Source: Podarcis pityusensis (taxonomy: Eukaryota). Taken from it: a stretch of 64,000 nt of DNA. This document shows positions 51,127 to 62,012 of this stretch, one piece after another. The DNA lies in assembly GCA_964106645.2 (NCBI GenBank), contig OZ067039.1. One strand, given 5' to 3'. Both the position numbers and the translations under genes were made by a program. Within the stretch, counting starts at the first letter, position 1. Each line of letters opens with the position of its first letter. Under the pieces are notes generated by a model that saw nothing but the letters and a program-made list of their open reading frames with translations, made no database searches and was not told where the DNA came from.

Positions 51127-53416
51127 CTTAATCAGAATTGAGCTTGTGTCCAGTTTGCAGCTCATATCTTAGGTGGCTTACCTTATTGAGTCAGTCTTGA
51201 CTGCACTGAAATGCCCTCTCATATCAATCAATAAGGTGACCACAGCAGTATTCTGTGGAATACAGCAACATGTTCGATGGAGAAGCATTAAGGTAGTTAA
51301 AATTTCACATCTATGAATGGTTTAATGAGGATCAATTCTGTTGTCCTTTGAGCTTGCGTGCTATGGCATCCTGGCTTTGGGATTCTACAGAACAACATTT
51401 CCCTTTCAATAGTTTTTTTCCTTAAAAAAACTGCAGTGTAAATAAGATTCACCAGAGGATTTATGGCACATTGCAAGAGGCACAGAGAAATCTGGGGATA
51501 GGTACAGTTATGATCCCTGCAGTGCACAGATAGGTTATAAAGGCCACTGTTCTTTTTCTGGAACCAGCTAAAAGCACATCTAGTTATATGCTGTGCAAGG
51601 CAGTTTGAAAGGACTACATGGTTTCTAAAAGAAGAGCTGTATTTATTTTTTAGAAACCAGCATGGAACAATTTCTTCTTAATGGTAAAAGCAAGGGCTTC
51701 TGTTTAACTGCACTGTAGGCTTGAGGCACACCTTGGGCTCTTAACTGAAGAGTTGCATGTTCTTGCATTAAGAACTGTGTACCAAGTAGCTTTTATTTGC
51801 ACTGGTCTTTGGATGAAGGGAGCATAACCTCTCCCTCATCAACCAGTGAAGTTGGGTACCACGTAGAGCACAAGTTCCCATTGGTCAGGACACTGGGGGG
51901 TGGGCAGGAAGAGATTTGGAATAAACCTTTTCCTCATTTAGGCTTCAGTCCTATACCAACTTAACTCAGAGTCATCCTCATTGAAGTCAATGGGATGTGC
52001 TTCGGAGTGAACATATAGAGAGTTTCACTGCAAGAGGCCAACATGCAAATCAGCCTAAGTCCTATTGATTTCAGTAGGATTTCAGAATGATGTACGTTCT
52101 CTGAACTCCATTGATCGAAATCAAAGGACATAAATGCTTCAATATATGTTTAAATTCCATTCAATTTATGGGACTTAACCATAATTAAATTTCTCTGGAC
52201 TCCTCTGCTTACGTGGAAGTACATTCCATTGATTTCTGTGAGTCTAAAACTTCAACAAATGCAATTAGGATTGGGGTATAACTCATACAGGTATAGATCT
52301 TTTCCTGAGCTAAGCATTTTAATCTGAACTTAAGCTCTGGGTTGTGGTTGTTCTTCAAAAACCCAAATTTGCTAATCTTCAAGAACACCTTCAGGAGCAA
52401 GACTTAGCCTCCTCCACTGTTTATTTCTTTTTTTCTTTCTTTAGGTACTTGTTTTGCCTGAACTTCTGGTTAGATGGTTTGAGACATTCTGTTTTCAACC
52501 GGACAGCCTAATCCAAGCTAACTAGTGCTAGTCAATTAAAGACCAGATCTCAGTTTCCAACGTATATATTGCCAGTGCCACACCTTCTATATTGTATCTA
52601 CAACAAAACTCATATCTCATCCCCAGTACAGCAACCATTGTCCAGTTCCTATTTATTCTGAAAGAAGCCTCATTGTGTTCAAGTAAGTTTGCAGAGGAGT
52701 ATAGATATAGACATTTACCCAATGCAAACCTATGCCATCTACTCAGAAGGAAGGCTCGTTGATTTTAATGGGCCTTCTTTCTTCCCAGGCAAGCGAGCCT
52801 CAGTAACTGAAATATCAACAGGATATTATCTACGTTTTTGAATTCATGATTCCTGTTTATGACTTTGGGAAATCATGAAACTGGAAAGGACAGCAGAAGT
52901 ATCTTGCTTCTGTTTGTTAGAGGAGATGACAGGATGAAGTAAATTACCAGCTAAAACTGATGAGCAAGATAATTTACTAATAAAATCAGGGTGGCAGCAG
53001 TGCTGTTTTTGTATGCTTCTTTGACTTCTCTGAGTGATCTATCAACTTGCTGAGCAGTGCTTCTACTTTATTATTATTATTATTACTATTATTATTATTA
53101 TTATTTAAACCTTGCTGCTTCAGCTCAAATGAGGCAACTCAAAATGAATCCATGACAACTGAAAAGGGGTCCTTTCCTACCTGTGTGTGCGAGGATGGGA
53201 GAACAACAAGCAGTAATTAGAAATCTAAAATGGGCAGGTGACATGTTTCTCATCTCACCTGCATAGAAGTGGCCAACATAATTATGTAGAAGGAAATAAT
53301 TCTCACAAGCTTCTCTAGCTTTACTTGACTATATCCTTATGCAGAAAGCAAGTTCTGTGTAGCTTGAACAGACAGAATGGATTGCTTTTTACTTACTTTG
53401 CAGAATCAGGAACGAT

Positions 53417-53646
53417 GGCCACATTTACACCACACTTTTAAAGCACTATGATGCTTTAAACAGTCATGGCTTCCCCCAATAATTATGGAAGCTGCAGCTC
53501 GCTAAGGGAACTGAGGATTCTTGTGAAAATGCTATTTCCCTTACAGAGCTCCACTTCCTAGTGGTGACAGATTGATTGTTACACTACTCAGGGAACTGTA
53601 GCTCTGGGAGGGTGAATAGGGGTCTTCTAACCATTCTCAGCCCCTT
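53417..53646. mobile_element. Degenerate palindromic non-autonomous DNA transposon (probably Harbinger-type MITE), disrupted by a BovB piece
   Basis: ggccacatttacaccacacttttaaagcac...catggcttccccc...gggaactgtagctctg motifs. Confidence 0.5.
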
Positions 53647-54004
53647 CATGGATCACTGCCTTGCCGTGGCAAAGGGGCTTGAATAACTCAGAGAAGCTAT
53701 GAACTATGCTGTGCAGGGCCACCCAAGATGGACAGGTCATAGTGCAGAGTTTTGACCAAACGTGATCCACCTGGAGCAGGAACCGGCAAGCCACTCCAGT
53801 CTCCCTGTCAAGAAAACTCCATGGACAAAGACAACAGGCATATAAAAGTTATGACGCTGGAAGATGAGCCCCTCAGGTTGGAAGGCGTCCAACATGCTAC
53901 TGAGGAAGAGCGGAGGACAAGTACAAGTAGATTCAGAGCTGATGAAGCGGCTGGGCCAAAGCCAAAAGGACGCTCAGTTGCGGATATGCCTGGAAGTGAA
54001 AGGA
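53647..54004 (+). mobile_element. BovB 5' region fragment (5'UTR/ORF start), lacking the 3' end
   Basis: catggatcactgccttg...agggccacccaagatggacaggtcatagt...atgacgctggaagatgagcccctcagg...atgctactg resembles the BovB 5' end. Confidence 0.75.
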
Positions 54005-54746
54005 ATTCCTGAATTATTTTCAGGAAGCCAGAACAGGGAAGGTTTAACTAGTCAGAGCCACTGAGAAAGCCCTCTCTCTCACCCTAACTTACTGTGCCTC
54101 AGCTATAGTTGGAACAAGGAGAATAGCCATTCCCATAGAGCTTGAGAATGGTATGGGAGGAGACAGTGAATCATGTATGCTAAACCCTAGCCTGTTTGGA
54201 TTTGCTCCGTAAAACAAGAGCGGATTTTAGGCTAACCTTGTAAAATGTTCAGATGGTCCTTTAACATTCTATCTGAATAAAACCATTGAATTATCTAGGG
54301 TGACGAATTTCTGGCAATGTCATCTTTAATGGGTCCATTCTCCCAAGAGGCCACTGTCCAAGTGCATCTACTCTAGAACCTTTATTGGGTGCATTGATTT
54401 TCTCCCCTCCGAGTGATATCATCACAGTTGTGCTTGTCATGTGGCCAAGTTCCCGGCTTGATAACACAGTAAGTGGCATTAATTAAAAAAGAGGATTTAT
54501 TGCAAAAACAAACAGATAGCTCCGGACGGCTGTAACAAGCCTCTGGCATCAATCAAGATGACCCTTCTGAACTTTCCTTCCGGTTTCTGCAGAATATTCT
54601 GAACCGGCGTCCTTTGAGCCTTTTGTTTTGCTTCCTGTTTAACAACCTTCCCATATGACGACTCCATGTGCTGATTGGCTCAGCTCCGTCTTCCTCCTTT
54701 CCTGACAAACTGTCACTGTGTATTTTCCTGCCTGTTCACTCTTCTG

Positions 54747-57150
54747 TTGTTTTTTTTTTTTTTCCTCAGAGGGGGGGCTTCTTTTTTTTTTTAAATGATA
54801 TTTATTAAAGTTTCACAAAAATACAGAAAACAAAGAAAAAAGTGTAAATTACAGCAAAAAAGCAAAAAGTAAGAAAAAACATACAAAATAAAACAGTTAA
54901 AAACACAATAATGTTCCATAACCTATCTTCCTTACTCTTATTTCCCCAGACCTCCTCATACCTCCCTTCTTTGTATTCCAATTCAGTTTGTTGGTTCAGC
55001 AAATCCTTACCATTAATCTTTTACCCAATTGTTAACCTTTTTTTTCCATGTCTCTTAAAGCATTACAGCTAAAAACCTCTTAATTTCTATCCAGCATCCT
55101 TCTAAAGTTCCTTAATTTTACAATATTTCTGTAAATAGTCCTTAAATTTTTTCCAGTCTTCTTTCACCGACTCTTCTCCCTGGTCTCGGATTCTGCCAGT
55201 CATTTCCGCCAATTCCATGTAGTCAATCACCTTCATCTGCCATTCTTCCAAAGTGGGTAGATCTTGTGTCTTCCAATACTTTGCGATAAGTATTCTTGCT
55301 GCTGTTGTAGCATACATGAAAAAGGTTCTGTCCTTCTTTGGCACCAGTTGGCCGACAATGCCCAAGAGAAAGGCCTCTGGTTTCTTCAGAAAGGTATATT
55401 TAAATACCTTTTTCAGTTCATTATATATCATTTCCCAGAAAGCCTTAATCTTTGGGCACGTCCACCAAAGGTGAAAGAATGTACCTTCAGTTTCTTTACA
55501 TTTCCAACATTTATTATCGGGCAAATGATAAATTTTTGCAAGCTTGACTGGGGTCATGTACCACCTGTATATCATTTTCATAATGTTCTCTCTTAAGGCA
55601 TTACATGCCGTAAACTTCATACCTGTGGTCCATAACTGTTCCCAGTCAGCGAACATAATATTATGTCCAACATCTTGTGCCCATTTAATCATAGCAGATT
55701 TCACCGTTTCATCCTGAGTATTCCATTTCAACAGCAAGTTATACATTCTTGACAAATTTTTAGTTTTGGGTTCTAACAATTCTGTTTCTAATTTTGACTT
55801 TTCCACTTGGAAGCCTATTTTCTTATCCAAATTATATGCCTCCATTATCTGATAGTAGTGGAGCCAATCTCTCACTTTATTTTTTAATTTTTCAAAACTC
55901 TGCAGTCTCAATTTATCTCCTTCTTGCTCCAAAATTTCCCAATATGTCGGCCATTTGGCCTCCATATTGAGCCTTTTCAGAGCTTTTGCTTCCATTGGTG
56001 ACAGCCACCTTGGGGTTTTATTTTCCAATAAGTCTTTGTATCTTATCCAGACATTAAACAATGCTTTCCTAACAATATGATTTTTAAATGCTTTGTGTGC
56101 TTTGACCTTATCATACCATAAGTATGCATGCCATCCAAATACATTGTTAAAACCTTCTAAATCCAAAATGTCTGTGTTTTCAAGAAGTAGCCATTCTTTC
56201 AGCCAGCAAAAAGCTGCTGATTCATAATAAAGTTTAAGGTCTGGCAGGGCAAATCCACCTCTTTCCTTGGCGTCAGTTAATATCTTAAATTTTATTCTGG
56301 GCTTCTTGCCCTGCCAGACAAATCTAGAAATATCTCTCTGCCACTTCTTGAAACAGTCCATCTTATCTACAATTTGTAATGTCTGAAACAAAAACAACAT
56401 TCTAGGCAATACATTCATCTTTATCACAGCAATACGGCCCAGCAACGAGCGTTTCAAATTTGACCAAATTTCTAAATCTTTTTTCACTTCCGTCCAACAT
56501 TTTTCGTAATTATCTTTAAATAAGTTCCCATTTTTGGCTGTCATATTAATCCCCAAGTATTTCACTTTCTTTACCACATTCAATCCTGTCTCATTCTGAA
56601 ACCTCTCTCTTTCAATCGGTGTTAAGTTTTTCTCTAAAACCTTAGTTTTTAACTTGTTCAATTTAAAACCTGCCACCTGACCAAATTCCTGAATTAATTC
56701 TAAAACTCTTTTAGTACTAGATTCTGGCTCCTGTAACGTCAATACTAGGTCATCTGCAAATGCTCTCAATTTGTACTGTTTAGCTCCGACCTGTATGCCC
56801 TTAACCAACCGGTCCTTTCTAATCATATTTAGCAAAACCTCCAGGACCGATATAAAAAGCAGTGGGGAAATTGGGCACCCCTGTCGTGTCCCTTTTTCTA
56901 TCTTAAATTCTTCCGTAACCACATTATTTACAATTAATTTAGCCTTTTGTTCAGAGTATATTGCACCTATACCATTTTCAAAACCTTGGCCTACCCCCAT
57001 CCCATGCAGATTCTTCTTCATAAAACTCCAAGAGATATTATCAAAAGCTTTCTCCGCGTCAACGAATATCAATACTGCTTTGGTGTTTATATTCACTTCT
57101 AATTTTTCCAAAATATCAATTATATTCCTCAAATTATCAGACAGGTGTCT
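54747..57150 (-). mobile_element. Young 5'-truncated L1 (~2.4 kb) with a double poly(A) tail
   Basis: Perfect 18-bp TSD tgcctgttcactcttctg at 54729-54746 and 57151-57168; intact ORF2 fragment; AATAAA at 54801-54806 (- strand). Confidence 0.97.
55102..57132 (-). pseudogene. L1 ORF2 fragment: reverse transcriptase plus C-terminal CCHC-type domain; endonuclease lost by 5' truncation
   Basis: 676 codons without a stop; RT motifs DAEKAFD, GTRQGCPISPLLF, FADD, KYLGI; CWKCKETEGTFFHLWWTC; the listed start is a TTG and the frame continues to the 5' junction. Confidence 0.95.
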
Positions 57151-58767
57151 TGCCTGTTCACTCTTCTGGAGAGCTTTGGCGGTGTTCCCCCTCTCCCCCG
57201 TTATCAGTCATTCTCCTGGCAACTTGCATTCCTAGGGGTGGAGGAGACGGAGTGGGCTGCTGTTCAGCCTGTTTAACCCCTAAGCTTCTCTGCTCCTGGC
57301 TGGTTTCCACAGCCTGCTGCTAACCTTCACTGAGAGCTGTCTCATTCCTGACAGTGCTGCTGTTCTTTGTTGTTTACAAGTGTAAGAAGTCAGAAAGGGA
57401 AAAAGCTTTAGGAAAAGGCTGTCCCTAGCATTGGCTAGTTGCACCATCTGCACATTCATTACAGCAGTGTCTAAATACAGAAATACCCTGATCCAAATTT
57501 GCTACATGGTGCTGGCTAATAAATCAGAACCTAACTATCAATCAGTTACAGTATCATTTTTTTCTGGTATTATATGCTAAGCCTATTAAGTGCTTATTGT
57601 TCTTGTTGGTCTTGTACAACTGTTTTATTTTGAAAATCAAGGTGGGTACTCAAGATAATTTCACCCATGGTTCTTTCCCACAGTGCCACTAAAACCGAAC
57701 AGTTTCCAGACACAGTTTTCCAAAATTAAAGTAATTTTTTATTGACATTTCTTTATATATTTATTAAACTCTTCATTGTGTAAGACACCCACCAGGCTTA
57801 GCAAGAAGAGTATTGACAACTGCAGCAGTTGCCTAAAATATACCTGCAAATAGTTCAGCTTTACTGGGGTCTTTGAAGGAGTGTTGTTGATTTTCCCCAA
57901 GAGTACAAGTAATAAACAACTCTCCATCTATTCAGCTATACTTCAGAGCATTTATTGAAGGTTCTATATTCCCTGCCATCATTAATTGTACATGGGATGG
58001 AGAAAGTGTTACTTTCCAGTTCTTCAGGGAAATATTTAACATTTTCTTCTGAAACACGGGACCTGGAAATGAATATCAGGCTTAACTAAGACCTGCCACA
58101 TGTTCCAACTTATGCTTTTATCTCCAGAGCGCTGTAACTCCTTGGGTTAATGAGGTTTTGGTGAATAAGTGCATTACCTCTCTGCAGACTTTTACAAAAT
58201 CTAGCTTTCTAGGCTTAGTTCGGTGTACTATTTTTAGCCTCTGTAAAACTAGCTTGTACGGAGAGGCTGATACATTTTGGTTCACATGACGAAGTAAGCA
58301 GAGTGAATACATATTAGGCTGAAGGTACCCAACTTCACCCCAGTACTGTCCAGGTGAACAGCAAAAGGCATTGCTGTTGGGAAGGTGGCTTCTTGGTATG
58401 GCATGATTCTGCTTGCCATTACTGTTTGGTCAGATTACTCTTTAATTGGCTTACTCCCACCCTAGTGCTAAATGGTAAAGGAAAGATTGCATAACTTGGG
58501 AGATATCAAGGTCCCTTTCCCACACAAATATTTTAAGGGGGGGGGCTCCTCTTCAAATAAAGGCAAGAATACAATCATTTCTTAATTTCCTTTTAAAATG
58601 TTAAGTGTCGGATATATGATCTTGTATACGCCATGTCGACCAATCACATAAATAGCAAAGGCCTGCAAAATGAAGCATTTCTGAAGTTCTATTAAATAAT
58701 TCACCTATTAAGATACTTCTGATAACCATGGCTGAATGGGGATTTAATATAGCATAAGAATGTAAGA

Positions 58768-59098
58768 GGGGACACGGGTGGCGCTGTGGGTTAAACCACA
58801 GAGCCTAGGACTTGCCAATCAGAAGGTCGGCGGTTCAAATCCCCGCGACGGGGTGAGCTCCCGTTGCTCGTTCCCTGCTCCTGCCAACCTAGCAGTTCGA
58901 AAGCACGTCAAAGTGCAAGTAGATAAATAGGTACCGCTCTGGCGGGAAGGTAAATGGCGTTTGCCAGAAATGGCTTAGTCATGCTGGCCACATGACCTGT
59001 ACGCCGGCTCCCTCAGCCAATAAAGCGAGATGAGCGCCGCAACCCCAGAGTCGGTCACGACTGGACCTAATGGTCAGGGGTCCTTTTACCTTTACCTT
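58768..59098 (+). mobile_element. Sauria SINE (Squam1) with small internal deletions
   Basis: tRNA head, (ACCTTT)n tail, 12-bp TSD taagaatgtaag. Confidence 0.95.
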
Positions 59099-59292
59099 TA
59101 AGAATGTAAGGAGAGCCTGTTCGGTCAGGCCAATGGCCCATCTATTCCAGCATCCTGTTCTCACAGTGGCCAACCAAATGTCCCTGTAAGCAGGAACTGC
59201 CCCCAACCATAGCCATGATGGCTAGTAGCCTCATTCTCCATGAATTTTTCTACTCCTCTTTGGATGCCATCCATGTTGGTGGCCATCACAGC

Positions 59293-59806
59293 TGTCAGGC
59301 TTCAGGAATTCTATTCCTCTCCCGGTGGCAGCAAGAAGCAGAGAAAAACAAGGTAGAGTCCTTTCTAATGAGTTTATTCATTCATCATAGTGAGAGACAA
59401 AGGAAAACAGTCTGCCTACCGATAATGGCGTTGCTCCAACTGAGCTCCTCCTCCCTCCCTTCCTAGTGCCAGCATTTCCCCTTATGGTATCTGCCTGTGG
59501 CCAACTGTCTCTGGGTCCTTTGCTCTTGCACTCTTAACAAACGCCGAGTTCTGGGAGAAGGGGCGTCAGAAATACTTGGAAGTGACAATGTGTCAGCTGG
59601 TTGCTCTGACTCTGCCTCTCTTCTCCATTCTCCTAACACCTCCCAACTCTTCTGTTCACCTTTTTTCTGCACTGTGACCCTCCTCAAACCCCTGCTGTAA
59701 ATCAATACTGCCTTTTAATTCTCTGGAAGCACCAGGAGAATCCGGGGTGGGGGGCGATCTCCACCATTCCTCCTCCATCTCGTCTCCTTCAGTCCAGTTC
59801 CTGACA
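59293..59806 (-). mobile_element. Solo LTR (Gypsy-like, 514 bp)
   Basis: TIR TGTCAGG...CCTGACA; AATAAA on the - strand at 59373-59378; 5-bp flanks acagc / atggc. Confidence 0.8.
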
Positions 59807-60199
59807 ATGGCATGGTTTAATTTTGTGCTGTGTAGAGAAGTCTATTCATTTATTCGTCCTGAATCTTCCAACATTCAGTTTCATTGGATGCCCATGAATT
59901 CTAGGGTCATGTGAGAGGGACGAAAACTTTTCTCTATCCACTTTGTATCAAAGCTGAGCAGAAATTCCACGCATTATTTACCCCCCATCAAACATATATT
60001 TAGATTTCACACACACAAAATCAAACTATTCTCTTCAGCATCATAGGCACACAGCACTGCTTTGTGTACATAATCCTCACTAGGGGATACATTACAGTTT
60101 CAAAATATCATGAAAAATGGCTGGAGTTGATTGCACCAAGGAATTTTCCAAGACCTTATATACCTTGAGTGCACAGATACATTAAGTGAAGAGGTGCAG

Positions 60200-60218
60200 A
60201 AGTGCCACCTAGTGGGTA
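60200..60218 (-). promoter_or_regulatory. Candidate CTCF binding site
   Basis: - strand TACCCACTAGGTGGCACTT matches the CTCF core CCASYAGRKGGCRS; lies outside recognisable repeats. Confidence 0.5.
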
Positions 60219-60591
60219 TCTTGGGAGCAACCATGTATTCTGAAGCTTTCTAACAGTGCGATCCTATGCAAGTGTACTCAGAAGAGAGTCTCACTAGTTC
60301 GGAGGAATGCAGTCGCATGCAGGTGTGCATAGGTTATTATAACCTACATTGCCCTTAAGCAATCTGAGCTCTAATCAAAGGAGCATATGTTTTTCGTACA
60401 TGAGTTTTGACTGGTAATGCTTACGGTGGAGAGCAGAGGAGTGAGTAGCAAGGAGGTGAAATGAAAGACTCTCTGCCGGTGACCCTAGAAATCTCTTACC
60501 ACCTTATTTCATATGGTAGAGGTTCCAGGAGGAGACCCTGTGAAGATGAGCTCCTTGCAAACTGATGAGGCACTAAGGTTGGGCTTTTCCT

Positions 60592-60840
60592 CCAGCATGG
60601 TGTAGTGGTTAAGAGCGGTAGACTCGTAATCTGGTGAACTGGGTTCGCTTCCCTGCTCCTACACATGCAGCTGCTGGGTGACCTTGGGCTAGTCACACTT
60701 CTCTGAAGTCTCTCAGCCTCACTCACCTCACAGTGTTTGTTGTGGGGGGAGGAAGGGAAAGGAGATTGTTAGCCGCTTTAAGACGTCTTAAGGGGAGTGA
60801 AAGGTGGGATATCAAGTCCAAACTCTTCTTCTTCTTCTTC
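60592..60840 (+). mobile_element. Squam3-like SINE
   Basis: Same family as 1961; (CTT)n tail; flanks tcctcc. Confidence 0.9.
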
Positions 60841-61039
60841 TCCTCCCACTGGAGTGGATCGTGCCATTACACCATGCTATAGGATAGCATACCAGTGGCT
60901 GGGCCAGGAAATGTATAGGATTCCAGAATATGGTTGCTTGACCTCGAGAGCATCAACTGAGCCCTCCCTGCAATGGTTGCCATCTAGCCACTGTCGCTCA
61001 TACCCTGATCACATTCAGACTAGCCTACAGTAAAACATT

Positions 61040-61330
61040 GCACATGAAGCTTCCCTTGAGAAGCATTTGGAGACTCCAGCTGATGCAGCATCTGGAATAG
61101 ATTACTCTTGCACTTTTAACTATGCACTGGTTTCCTGCTCATTTCCAGGTGCAGTTCAACTAGCTAGTGATTGCTATGACATTTGGGACTAGGCTATCTG
61201 AAGGATATCTTGATCTGTATCCTGCCTGCAGAAGCATGGAACTTAAGTTTGTGGAGGGGGTTTACTTTGTAGTTGTGCCCTCCTAATTGTGGAACTCCTC
61301 CCTAGAGAGATTCAGGAGGCTTCTTCAAAA
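61040..61330 (+). mobile_element. Degenerate L2 ORF2 3' region
   Basis: Peptide remnants LPLRSIWRLQLMQH, HWFPAHFQVQF and LWNS. Confidence 0.6.
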
Positions 61331-61571
61331 TTTGGTGGGAGTTTTAACATCCCACTGTAACGCTGCATTTTATATTTTATACATTCTTTTCCTGCTTCAG
61401 TGATTTATTGCACAGTAGTGGCACTTGTGGAAGGGCACACACAGTAATAATATCAGTTAAAAAATATGCAAGAGCAGTGGCAGTGTATGGCGTTACTCTC
61501 CCAGCACCAGCATTGCTGGATAGGATAGAAATTTCTTAAATAAATTCAAAATTGGAAAAAAGATCGATAAC

Positions 61572-61621
61572 TAGATAGATAGATAGATAGATAGATTAGA
61601 TAATAGACAGATAAATAGATA
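61572..61621. repeat. (GATA)n microsatellite
   Basis: Read directly from the sequence. Confidence 0.9.
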
Positions 61622-61848
61622 CAGTCGTACCTTGGTTCTCAAACAGAATCATTCCAGGAATCCGTTCAACTTCCAGAACTGTTAGAAAACCAAGATGCAG
61701 CTTCCAATTGGCTGCAAGAGTGTCCTGCAGCCAATCGGAAGCCACACCGGGTGTTCGGTTTCCAAAAATTGTTCAAAAACCGGAACACTCACTTCCGATT
61801 TTTGATTGTTCGGGAGCCGAAATGTTCGAGTTCCAAGGCGTTCAGCAA
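61622..61848. mobile_element. Tc1/mariner-pogo MITE, family E, running into the gap
   Basis: TA followed by cagtcgtaccttggttctc TIR; related to 63840-64000. Confidence 0.7.
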
Positions 61849-61990
61849 NNNNNNNNNNNNNNNNNNNNNNNNNNNNNNNNNNNNNNNNNNNNNNNNNNNN
61901 NNNNNNNNNNNNNNNNNNNNNNNNNNNNNNNNNNNNNNNNNNNNNNNNNNNNNNNNNNNNNNNNNNNNNNNNNNNNNNNNNNNNNNNNNN
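61849..61990. other. Assembly gap (142 N)
   Basis: Read directly from the sequence. Confidence 1.
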
Positions 61991-62012
61991 AGGGAAGCAT
62001 ATGCACGTGGTA

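Larger units (their letters stand above)
54435..57353 (-). mobile_element. Solo LTR (Gypsy-like, ~500 bp: 54435-54746 plus 57169-57353) split by an L1
   Basis: TGTCA...TGACA termini; perfect 5-bp TSD gtgct at 54430-54434 and 57354-57358; AATAAA on the - strand at 54496-54501. Confidence 0.85.
58753..59943 (-). mobile_element. CR1 3' end interrupted by a Sauria SINE and a solo LTR
   Basis: cataagaatgtaag...ggtcaggccaatggcccatctattccagcatcc; resumes at 59807 and runs to aaaacttttctctatccacttt. Confidence 0.8.

Noticed and set aside
55102-57132. 676-aa ORF as a host gene
   Set aside because: It is L1 ORF2: bounded by a TSD and poly(A), 5'-truncated, with no ATG start and no endonuclease domain
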